Assembly (NCBI GenBank): GCA_016748015.1
Contig: JAAOMT010000786.1
Span: forward strand, 623,814-687,813
DNA length: 64,000 bases
Source of the DNA: Geosiphon pyriformis uo1
Lineage: Eukaryota; Fungi; Glomeromycota
Reading direction: 5' to 3'
The notes below the pieces were generated by a model. That model saw nothing but the letters and a program-made list of their open reading frames with translations. It was not told where the DNA came from and did not search any database. Below are positions 1 through 12,193 of this stretch, one piece after another. Made by a program: the position numbers and the translations under genes. Every line of letters begins with the position of its first letter. Positions within the stretch are counted from its first letter, which is position 1.

Positions 1-2180
1 CCAAAGAGTTAACCAAACCTAAATCAAAACACCTTTTGAAACTTGCACATTTGTAAGAACCATCTTCATTGAAATCGCCACCCAAGATGATGAAAGAAGA
101 CTCATTTACTGCCCTTGCAATTAAAGAATTAACATTATCTGTCTGAGAGAAACGAACTGCCAGAGAAGCTCCAGCATACAGCTCCAAAACTGAGACAGAA
201 AGATTATTTTTGAAAAAGAGCCTGAGAGAAAAAAACTGGCCAGAAATATCCAAAACTTTGCATACATGCCGAGCCAAAAAATTGTTTATAATAATCACAA
301 TCCCAGAACTCAGGTGACCAGAATCCAAACCAGAAGTAAAAACCCAAACACCATTAAACTTGTTCATGATCCAAGAACAAAGAATTTGAATTTGCAACCA
401 TAGACAAAACTAAAGCAAGAGGTTGAGAGACAGACATAGCAGGGGTTTTATTTGAAACAGACACCAAAAACACCAACTTGGCACCATTTAGGCATTTTAG
501 TATACATAATACTTGGTCCAACAGGAGTTTCAAAGATTATTCTAAAGACAACAAGCATTCATTCAAAGCAGAGTTAAGTGTGAAAGTAGAAGGAGGCAGA
601 CCACCAGAACCTGGACCACCAAAGGAAAAGAAACTTGAATCAGAACCAACAAAAAAACTAGAAGACGTAAATGCAAAAGAAATAACTTAAGCCTATAATT
701 TACTGCCAAAGGCAGTTGGGCGAAAGATGGGAACACTTTTTTTTGCATACAACTTGGCAAGTTGGAGGCAATTCTCATCCAAAATGACCCGCTTTATAAA
801 TGATTTTGGAGGCTTGGGAGTGGAAGCAATCTCAGCATCACACTCCAAAACTAAATGACCAAGTTTCCCACACTTATCACACCAAACAAGACCCAATCTA
901 ACCCAAGAAAGCTTCACTCCACCAAGAATTGGAACTGTGCAAAAAGCTGACTCCAACATTTCGTTAGACTCAAAGCCGACCACAGCACAGCGAGTCCTAT
1001 TGCCACTTTCTAATGACTAATTAATAACACACATCTTCTCACCAGCCCCTTCCAAAAGATTTCCAAGATCATGTGCAGTTGTACCCACAGGCAAAGTAAA
1101 CAAAAGCGCTCTGAACTGATCTCTTGATGTCCATGTCTCACAATTCCCCACAGCTTTGGCCACTTGCACTGAATCTTTCCCGATCAAGAATGACCACTTA
1201 GCTGCCAACAGATCTACTTGGCTCAATTTGGCAAACTCTACCACAGCCTTCTGCTACAGCCCAATGAGTTACAATCGGATCGACACTACCTGACCAAACT
1301 CAGAAAGAGCAGCAACAATCATTCTCTTTGGTGTATCCATGGGAATTTTCTTTATTATTATGGCCCAATCTGAACAAATTCCTTGTTTCTTAAGATTGAT
1401 GTTTACGGTGATCCCCTCTTTTTTGGCCAATGATGTGGCCTTTTCCATGCTGATCTCTAAAGTGAAGGTAGATCTGATAATCTCTTCAAATTTTGAGGAG
1501 GTAGTGGTCTCCCCAAAACCATTAATTTTCGAAAATAATTTTCTGATGACCTGAATTTTAGCTGTAGCCAATTTGTTTTTCACAGCTAAAAAATTAATGT
1601 CCAGAGCAAAAAATTTTTTCACAGCAACTTCCACTTGAGTTTTGACTATTTTGGGATTTAACTACTTTCTTTCCAAAGAAATACCAAGAGGGGAAGGGAG
1701 GAAACCACCATTGTCGTCATCTATGTCATAATCCAGAGAACCAAAAGGGGAACCACAAGCCAAATCATTTTTAACTCTCTTTGCTCTAGGAGTTGTAGCA
1801 GCTGAACCAAGAAAAGACTTATTATTGTTACCGACCAGAATGTCATTAACAATACTACTACTAGAATCACTTTCCATATCAGAGTACATGCTTCTATCAG
1901 AATGAAATTTGGCCAAAGAAACACCACCTTTAATACCAGAATGCTTGACATTGCAAAGAGAAATCCTTTTTTTTTGTGAAAAAGAGCCACCAGCAGGACC
2001 AAAGGAAGCACTCAAGGAGGCCTTCGAACTTGACAAACTGCCACTAGAGACAGCCTCCATATCCACAACAAATGGGTTATGTGTAAAAAAAATAGTGAAA
2101 TAAAACAGATAGAAAAAACAAAAAACTTCTTTCAAAATTGTGCTCTTTGGGGAATTTGGGATGTATGAGAGAAAAAAGTT
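1..2180 (-). mobile_element. LINE copy A, 5' part (5'UTR, ORF1, start of the APE endonuclease); continues beyond the window start
   Basis: Minus-strand fragments (IIIKKIPMDTPK..EFGQV, ALLFTLPVGTTAHDL, CDKCGKLGHLVLEC) match ORF1 of copy C. Positions 1-380 read ..LYAGAS..ILGGDFNED.., matching the ORF2 APE domain. Confidence 0.9.
385..2060 (-). pseudogene. LINE ORF1 (Gag-like: RRM-like domains plus CCHC zinc knuckle), disrupted
   Basis: ORF-track fragments 1662-2135, 1269-1634, 1017-1244 and 693-983 are colinear with 10290-12193 and are broken by nonsense transitions. Confidence 0.85.
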
Positions 2181-2660
2181 TTTATTTTGTTTTATTAAAA
2201 AAAAATTATAAATTTAAATTAAATTAAAAAATTTTAAATAAATATTATTTTAATTAAAACTAAAAATAATATAAAATTATTTTATTTAATTTAACATTAT
2301 ATTATTTTATAATTTTATTATTTAATTATTAATTATATAATTTATTTATATATAATAATTATATAATTTACATATTAAAAAATTAAATTAATAATTAGTT
2401 TTATTTTATTTTTAAAACTTATTAAATTGTTTTTAAATTAGTTTTTTACTAATTTTAATTATGTTAATTAATAAAATTAAATTAACTGTAAATAATAATT
2501 ATATAATTAATTATATAAATTACATTTATTTTAAAGTTTTTATTATATTATAATAATTAATAATTAAATTATACTTATTAATAATAAATATAATAATAAT
2601 AATAATAATATATATTTTTATTATTATTCTATTATTTAATGTAATTATTTTAGTCAATAG

Positions 2661-3197
2661 TTTTTTTTTTTTTTTAATTGCTTAACGAGTGAGGTCCAAA
2701 CACTACCTAGTGCTATACATCAAAGAAATGATCTAAACTAGATGTGAATCATGCATTTTCTACACACAACCAGCCACTTGGGCTGATCAGAACAACATTA
2801 CGCAGCTATGTGAATTGAAACCAAGTCATTTACACCAGAAAAAAACAAACAAGGTTTGTGAAAGCCAAAACGAACACCAAAAGCATCAATAATGCCAAGC
2901 AATTTGACCATCCTGGCTGACAACCCTGAGATCAAACCAGAAACCGAGACAGGAACTGAGCCATTAAATAAAATTAGCCCATTTTTTTCCATATAGGCAC
3001 AATGTTTAACATGAACTGACCAGACTTCACTTCTAAAAGCAAAATTAAGAGAGTGTGTAAATTTGACAATCTCCAAACTAGCAACTTTGGAGTTATGAAA
3101 GATGGAAACTGCCTTACGAAACCAATCATTAAAAAAACCCTTATAAAAAGCCATAAACAAAGACAAGTCAGAAACACAGGATGACAACAGTTGTAAT
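2661..3197 (-). mobile_element. 5'-truncated LINE copy E with poly(A) tail
   Basis: A poly-T run starts at 2661. The 3'UTR is homologous to the reverse complement of 16870-16990. ORF 2798-3187 matches the ORF2 C-terminus. Candidate TSD AATAGTTTTT at 2656-2665 and 3198-3207. Confidence 0.88.
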
Positions 3198-3279
3198 AAT
3201 AGTTTTTATTATAAAGCAAAACAAATTATATTAATATATAATATTACTTATTTTAAAAATTTAAATTAATTTATAAAAA

Positions 3280-6200
3280 ATTTTTTATTTTTATTAAGTT
3301 TTACAAATGCAGTCCAATTACTACCTAAAAATATGCAATCAAAAAAAATTCTAAATTAAATATAATTTATGCTTTTTTTATATGTAACTAGCTATTTAAA
3401 CCAATTAAAACAATATTATATATTTATACTACTTATTACAGAAAAGTCTTACATAAAACCAAAATACAAATTAGTCAAAAAAAAGTATAATTTAAAACAA
3501 ATATATATATTTAACTTAATATTAAAATTATAAATTATCTTGAAAGTTCACAAGAATGATAATTTTAAAATAAATAAAATAACCAATTCATTACAAGACA
3601 GAAAATCATGCTTTTTATAATATGCTTTTAGTTATGTATTTGACAATTAAATAATAGTTTTATGACTTTTAGCAAAACTCCAGACCAAATCAATAATTAT
3701 TACACTACTATCAGATCTAGTACCCAATAAGTACACCATTTTAGCCACCTATTTTTCCAATACAAAGTCTTTAACCAACAACATATATAAGCAATTAAAA
3801 GATTTAACTTTATAAAGATTAAATTATTTTACAATCAGTAGTACAAACATCCAACAAATTAATTCACTTGTGAATGATGTTTGAAATTAGGTTTTTTCTA
3901 GTGCAATTATCATAAATACATGAAAATATATAATCAGAGTTTTCAATTAGCTCATATTAAATGTATAATATGCTAAAATAATTTAATTTATATAGTTTTT
4001 TTCTTTTGGTCATAGACAAATAGCAGTGCAAGACTTTTATAAAATAAGATTAAAGTACTACAGAAACAAAGCTAATAAAACCAAATTTAATATAATCATC
4101 AAGATTTCATATGCTAAAATTTCTATGCATATTAAAGAAATTACAAAGTATTATATTCATAGTACTATCAGTGTATTTGGATTTTTAACTAATAAAATTA
4201 ATAGTTTTAAATAACTATCTAACAAAGTAATGAACATTCTCAGAAACAGGTTTTCTTTCAATGGCAAAAAAATAGTATAATATTCAAACAGGTATTGTAA
4301 AACTAGATGTAGTGGCAGTATTAGTAAAAAAAGTCTGCTTATTTATTATTAATAATTCCAGAATAATCTTTAACCTTATTCTAATTAACTGATAAATTTT
4401 TTTACATAATAGTTTAACAAATATGTTTTCTCTCAATTCAGTATTTATTATCAAAATTGGGCCTAATGTACTCCTTATTTAAAACACAAACATTCAATAA
4501 TATTTGATTATCTGTAAACAATATAATTAAGTTAAACATAAGAATACATTTCAATATAAGTACAATAATCTATAATTCTATTAGAATTAAAGAAAACAAG
4601 TTACTTATCTTAATTTAAACACTTGTTTTAATATCCAAAAAATATACAGCCATATCATTATAAGCACTTACAGAATCAAGATTCTTGATTAAACTATTAG
4701 TATAGACAATTATCTCTCTTGCTTTATTTTTTAGCAAATACTTTTTGGCAAATTCAAAGTTGTATAATTGGCCAACAGATATGAGATGAGAAGTCAAAGC
4801 ACTATAGCTAACTAGGCCATCTTTCTCAATAAACATGACAAGTAAGCTAAACCAATCAGAAACAAGATCTCTAGAATCAAGTCTTTTTTATCTGTAAAAT
4901 GTGTTCTATATAAAGCAAACTTTATAATAGTCCAGAAGTTGGTCAGCAAAAACAATGTTAAATCTTTTCAAAAATTTTATCATGCTAATATAACAATCTA
5001 AACTTAAGACATCAACAATAGCAATATTACTACCAGCCCAAAAAACATTTGGAGGATTGTTCTCTAAAAACAAACTACATAATATTAAAGTATTAGTTCT
5101 GCTTTTCAGAAAACAGTTTATCAGATTAATTGACAACAAAACTGGAAAACTAAGAAGATGCTAAAACATCTAGCTAATGGCCTGTAAATCTATAACTCTA
5201 TGTTTAAATAATCTGCTAAGAATTTCTTTCTTCTGAATTAGCAAAAGTAACCAAATTAACTGTTAGATTTTTAGTTTATATCTGCTTAAAAAACTTGAGA
5301 CCATATAATTTAGAATAGAAAATAGCTTTATTAGAAAAGTTTTTAGACAAATTGGTCTTAAGTTTCAATGTTTTTCTTAGTATTTTGTCTTGTTTTTTAT
5401 ACATATTCATTAATGTATAATTAAATTATAGTCTATAATTAACAATAGACTGGAGAATTGCAAACACCAAATATAAAAATTGCTTGTTTAAAATAGCTTT
5501 TTTCAAACCAAATTTGTGAAAAACTTAACATTTGAATAAGTTTTGACAAGACTTGGTTTAAAAAAACCATTTGTGGACAAAAAAATACCCAAGTATCTAT
5601 AAGACTTACTCTTTTTTGTTATCAAAATATTAGATCTACTTATTAACAAATGGGAAACTTCTACTTTTTAATTGATAAGTATGATAATTGTTTTCTCAGT
5701 GTTAATTGAAATATTATTAATTTTGAAAAATTTACTAACAATTTCTAAGATGCATTAAATAGCAAACATGCTATTTTCATTCCAAATTATATTATTTACA
5801 AAGATCTTTGCTGCCAAAAAAAATTTTTTGTCATCTTTAAAATCTTGTTTGCCAGTTTTTATAATAAATTTCAAATTCAATCTATAGCCAAATAAACTAA
5901 TATATTTTTTAATCTTACAAAGCAAAAGATCATAAAAAATTTTCTATAGCAGTAGTAAAAAAATTTCCTTCTAATTTAAACTATTATGTACAGTATATCT
6001 ATTCATAAGCCCAAAATCTGTTATTACTTAATTAATTTTATTATTGTAAATGCTTTCAAAAAACTTAATAAAATAGAGACATATTTTAATCTTAATTAGA
6101 TTGTTCTATAAATAGTACTACTTAACAGAATTATATGTTTTATACATGTCTTAAAGAACCAATTATAACTTTCTGCTCTTTTTTAATACATCTTTAATCA

Positions 6201-9200
6201 TAAAACCAATGATAAAAATTGAAGTCTGAGTAAATGTTTCCTTCAAAACTAAAAAATTATTACCACATAAGACATTAAATCTACTACAAACCAAAAAAAT
6301 CCTATCTGAAAAAATATCTTACAAGTTGTTTTAATTAAAATTATTGGCCTAGTATTCATAAAAATTTCTTCTTAATTATATAGTTTTGATATCATAAAAA
6401 CTCAAACCTTTTTTCACTGTGTAAAAACTGTACCTAACACTAAATATACATTAAAAATGTCTAACAAATCTTTTAGAACCTGTTTATTAGTATGTTTCCA
6501 GAGCTTATTAAGAATACCAGAAAGACCAACAGCTTTTTTATCAAACAGGTTTTTAATTATTTGCAAAAATTCATCAAACTTAATATCATACATAATTTTT
6601 GAAAAAACACAATCATTAACATAATTCAAGAGAACATATTAGTTGAACTATCAATCAAACCAAATGTTAAGTACTATATGTTTCTTTGTTCACCCTTCTA
6701 TAATAGTATTAATTATAGACTTGATCTTATAAAACTCCAAAATTAGATTGTTATTTATTATTAGATAGTTAAATATTATTTTTTAAAACAGTTGTTCTAA
6801 AATACTTTTAATTATTTTTTATCAAAGCAAAAATTTTTCATGTGCTTTTTTATTGTTTTTTTGATGTAATTATTTCTGGCAATTTTGAACTCATAATACT
6901 TGAATTTGTGATATTTTTTTTGATTCTTAACAGATAGCACAGAATTTTTTCCAATTTTTTACTACTATTAACCAAGATATTTACTTTGAAAATCTCTTTT
7001 TATCAACAACAATCCAAGTATTAATAAAATGATTAATTTCTAAATCTTGATTTAAGTTCAAATTTTTTACAATTTTGGTTATCAACAGCTTTAGCTTGAA
7101 AAACTTAGATAATTGCTTGTTTTATAAGCACTCAAAATTATTGAACCAAAGTTTAAAAAATACTTTATTAACAGAATTCACTACCACTTCTCTCAAAATT
7201 ATTTATATTGTATCTTATTAAACTTAGCTGTCTTGTTTAAAAATGTACTTAAAAAATATTTTTTGAAATATAACTACTTAACAACTTAAGTATCTTTGAT
7301 TTTAAACTTTTATCTATCTCTATTAGTCTGCTTACAAATATTATTAAGACAAGTATTTAAGAAACCACTCAAACCAATTGCAATTAAAACAGCCATATGA
7401 TTAGTGTTAAAAAAATTAACAACAATGTCAACTCTATGACCTTTTTATTGCTTTTAGAATTGCTCCAAGTAGGAATCTTAACTAATAATTGCTTATTAAA
7501 TAAGTTGATCAAATCCAGATCCAAACAAAACTTAAAACTTGCACTTTTCTTAAAACTATTTTTATTAAAATCTTCACTTAATACTATAAAAATACTAGAG
7601 CTAACTGTCTTAATAATAAAAAAATTAACTTCAAATGCTTGGCTAAATTTTGTTTCTACAGAAACATTAATATATAAACTTAAAATCATAACTGAAATTT
7701 TGTCTTTAAAGAAAAGTTTTACTGAAATTATACAATCAAAAACTTCTTTTACTTTAAAAACATACTAAGTTAAAGAATTGTTTATAATAACAGCCATTTC
7801 AGCACCAAAAAAACTTTTATTCAGACCAGTTGTGAAAATTTGCACTTTATTAAACTTATTTATAATCCATAGTCTAATACTAAATCTTAACTTTGTTTTT
7901 ATAACAATAGAAATTATATTACCTAAACTTGTATGTTAATAAATAATATCTTTTTGCTTTACAGAAACATTAATATTCTGAATATTACATGTAACAAATT
8001 TTCACACTAAGTTATTTATTAAGATGATAAAAACATTAAAGAGTCCAAGCCAGAACACAACTAATTCAATCTTACCAAAACTAAATTAACAAAAACCTTA
8101 AGAGCAACTATTTTTGTTTCTAAGCCACTCATTTTAGTGGTTAAAATTTTTGATCTACTCAAACTTAAATCTGAAGTCTTATTATTTACAACTGAAAAAA
8201 AAAGATAAGCAATACAAATATATTATCTAGAACCATATTCAAATCTAAATTTGAATTCAAAAGTACAGACACAGTAAAAGAAGAAGATTAAAAAGTAGAT
8301 ATTAAAGATACTAGGTCTACAAAGCTTAATTTTTGCACAATACTAGACACTTGATCTGCCAAAAGCTCCAAAAAATGTTCCAAAGAGACCAAATAAGCAT
8401 TCAAAAAAAAGTTATTTAGTAAAGTAGAAAGAAAATTTTTATTAGAATCTGAAGCACCAAGAAAAAAAGAACCAAAACCAGAACCAAAAAGCAACTTATT
8501 GGAAACAAAAACTGCTAAAACTATTTAAGCCCATAATTTGCCACCAAAAGCAGCAAAATAAAAGATAAGAACATTTTTTTTGGCATACAACTTGACTAGT
8601 TAAAGGCAATTTTTATTTGAAATAAATTTCTTAAATACTTTTAAAAGTAGAAAACTAAGGGAACCAAATGCATCATACTTCAAAGCAAAATAACCAAACT
8701 GTTTATATTTCTCATATCAAACCAAATCCAATCTAGTCCAAAAGAGTTTTACACCACCAAAAATTAGCTTTGTGTAAAAAACAGACTTCAGCTCCTCATT
8801 TGATTTAAAACTAACCATAGTACAGTAAATCCTGTTTTCAGTTTTAAATAACTAATTTATAATGCAAGTTTTTCTACTAGTCTCTTTTAATAGAATACCA
8901 AAATTATGAACAATTGTTTACACCAACAAAATAAACAAAAGTGTCTTAAATTAATTTTTTTACAGCTTTGGCTATATGTATTGAATTTTTTCTAATCAAA
9001 AATAACTACTTTGTTACCAATTGATCTGTTTAAGCCAATTTGGCAAACTTCACTATAGCTTTTTGCTATAGCCCAATTAATTGTAAATAGATTGATACTA
9101 CTTGGCCAAACTCAAAAAGAGCTGCAATAATCATTTTTTTTGATATGTCTATGGAAATTTTCTTAATAATTATGGTTTAATCTGAACAAATTTCTTGTTT

Positions 9201-9960
9201 TTTGATATTATTGTTTATAATAATTTTTTTTTGGCCAATAATGTGGCTTTTTCTATGCTTTTTTCTGATGTAAATATAAATTAAATAATTTTTTCAAATT
9301 TTAAGAAGATAATAGCTCTTCCAAAATTATTGATTATTAAGAAAAATTTTCTAATTACTTGAGTTTTTGTTGCTAATTTTTCTTCTACTGTTAAAAAATT
9401 AATATTTAAAACAAAAAATTTTTTGACAGCTACTTTTTTTTGAGTCTTTACAATTTTAAAATCAATCCAGAAATATGTTAAAAGAAGAAAAAAAAGATTT
9501 TTATCTTTATCTATGCCAAAATTAATTGTACCAATAATGAAATTATATTTCAAATTATTATTAATATTTTTAGTCTTAAGAGTTGTTATTATTAAACCAA
9601 AAAAACCACTATTATTACTATTTACTAGAAAATTATCATTCTTACTATCATTAAATTCACTATTCATATCTAAATACACACTATTACCAGAACCAGATTT
9701 GCTTAAAAAAATATTTTTATTATTATTAGAGTGCTTAATATTATTTACAAAAATTTTTTTTTTCTGGAAAAAAAAGTCTCTAATTGGTTTATAGAGAACA
9801 TCTTTGGATGTCTTTTTCTTAAACATATTGTTATTAAAAACAGCCATCAAATCTATCATAAAAAAGTTATTAGCTTGTAAAATATTAAAAGTTATAATAT
9901 TAAAAAAAACAAAAAACTTTTTTTTTCAAAAATTGCTCTTTGAAAAATTTTGAATATAAT
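3280..9960 (-). mobile_element. Near full-length, heavily decayed LINE copy B
   Basis: Degenerate 3'UTR at ~3300-3420. RNase H fragment (IIVYTNSLIK, 4615-4836), RT region (~5500-6630), APE (VLSEDFNK, 7384-7689) and ORF1 (9281-9859) lie in the same order as in copy C. Confidence 0.85.
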
Positions 9961-10289
9961 TATTTTATAGTAAATATCAAAATTTTTAATTATAGTTTTT
10001 TAATAAAAATAATAAAAATAATAAAAATTTTTTTTTAGACTTAAAATAATTAATTTAATTTACTAAAATTAATAATTAATTAATTTAAAAATATTAATTA
10101 AAATTAATTTTGAGTTTTTAATTAAAAATTTATTTTATTGATTTATAATAACTAATATTATTTCCAAGTAACTCTTTCTTTTGTTGATTCCTTGTCCACA
10201 ACAAAAGCTTGGAGTTGTTGAAGAGATAGTCTTCCTTACCCTTTTTTTTTTTTATTCCTTTCGTTATTTCTTCAAACGTACCTTTATTT

Positions 10290-12193
10290 GTGTCTATAGA
10301 TCCAATAGGCTCTTCTGCTAGTGCTTCGAGTTCGAGTTTGGCTGGGTTGGGGTCCCAGTCTGGCAGCAAAAAAATTAAAGCATGTGTTAAGAGTATATAC
10401 TTGTGTGGTTCTTCATACAAAAAAACAAAGTTGCCTGGTGTCTCTGGTGGCATTATGGACTCATTGGATGGCCTGATTTTGGTGGGTATGCTACATGGTG
10501 ATGGTGTTGAGCTGCAGAGATCTTGGGGAAGCGAGGTGGATAGTGAGGAAGTGGGTGTTAGTGAGGTGTCAGATGCTGAGAATTTGGAAAGTGCAGTTGT
10601 TAAGGAGACAAATTACATGGATCCCAACACTTTTGAGACTAATGAAATAGAAGATGATATAACTCCAAGGAAAACACAAACAAGAACCCTCATTTTGGAA
10701 CAGCCACCAAAGGCAATTTCTTTTGCAGGCATGAATAATGACGATATTGAGTTGGTGCTTTCTGAAGCTAAATTTGCTGGATGCAATCAGCTGCCATCTG
10801 TGATTTCACGTGTTTTGGAATGTCGCGCTTTTGAACCAGTTAAATCATTTGCCTTAGATGTAGAGTTGTCAAATGTGTCTGGAAAGACCAATAGTGATAA
10901 GTTGATTTTAATTAAAAAATTTTTTACAGAATTGATGGTTTTGAAGGAGCCTCAACTCCCTCAAAATTTCCTGGTATCATTCAATCAACTTTCACAAGTG
11001 GGTCTAGTTTGAATAAGGCCAGGGAAATGGTGATCAATGAAAAAATAATTGTGAATGATGATCTCAAAAAAATCAACAACCATTCAGATTGGAAAATAAT
11101 CATCAAGGAGATCCCAATAGATCTTCCCAAATCAGCAATTGAGGCAGTGTTCTCTAAATTTGGCAAAATCATATCAATCAAGATGCAATTAATTGGGCTT
11201 TGGCAGAAAGCTTTGGTGGAATTTGAGTCTACTGAAACTGCATGTTTGGTCATGTCTAAATGGTCAGTTCTTGTGGGTAAGGATTTTGTGCATGTTGCTT
11301 TGGCCATCAGTGACAAGGAGCTATGGATTTTGAGAGACCATTATCATGCTTTGTTGTACACCCTTCCAGTTGGTACTACTGCACATGATCTTTCTGAGTT
11401 GATAGAGGCTTATGATGAGAAAACATGCTTTATTGGCCGAAATTCTAGTTCATATGTTCATAATAGGTGTGCAGTCATTTGTTTTGAGAATAAGGCATTC
11501 AAGTTGGCTGCTATTGGTTCTGTTCCTGTTTTCAAGGGTGTGAGTTTGCAGTGGACTGGTTTTTTTTTGGTCAGTTGCACTCAGTGCAAACAATTTGGTT
11601 ATATTACAATCAACTGTTCTTTGGGTGGGAATTCTGGTGTCTGTGGGAAATAAGTGTTCTCTGATCAGGATTGGGTTTGTCTGACTGGCATTTATAAGAA
11701 AAAGCTGGCTTCTATCTTCTGTCCCATGTCTTTCACTGGTAAAACTTGGGCTCAAGTTACTAGAGATCTCAATTCTTGTATGGCTTCGTTGTCTCCTGAT
11801 AGCAGTTTGCTGTTGGCTGTGGTACCTCTCCCTCAATTTTTTTTGGATGTGAATAATAGATTTGCCACTCTTGAGCACAGTCTCGCCAGTTTTGCTGAGC
11901 AGGTTAATAAGCTGGCCAAAAGGTTGGATGCACTCAGGCCAACAGTTTCCCAGCATGGCCTTGGATGTCAGCCATTAATGACCCCTTTATCACAGAATCA
12001 AGGGGCAGATACAGTGATGAGTGAGAGTTCAGGTGCAGTCACTAGTGGTAGGACTGTTGCAGAGATAGTTGTTTATGATTTGTTGGCAGTTTCTAAATTG
12101 GAAGATACTTTGGATATTCTTTCAAAAACTGTTATGGGCCTTTTGGCCAAGTTGGAAAATGCTGGTTTGGGTTTTGGATCACTTTTTCCTTAA
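10290..12193 (+). pseudogene. LINE ORF1: RRM-like domains, CCHC knuckle, C-terminal coiled coil
   Basis: IIIKEIPIDLPKSAIEAVFSKFGKI..ALVEFES (RRM-like); CTQCKQFGYITINC (CX2CX4HX4C with H>Y); RFATLEHSLASFAEQVNKLAKRLD. Frameshift at ~10925 and stop at 11651. Confidence 0.85.
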
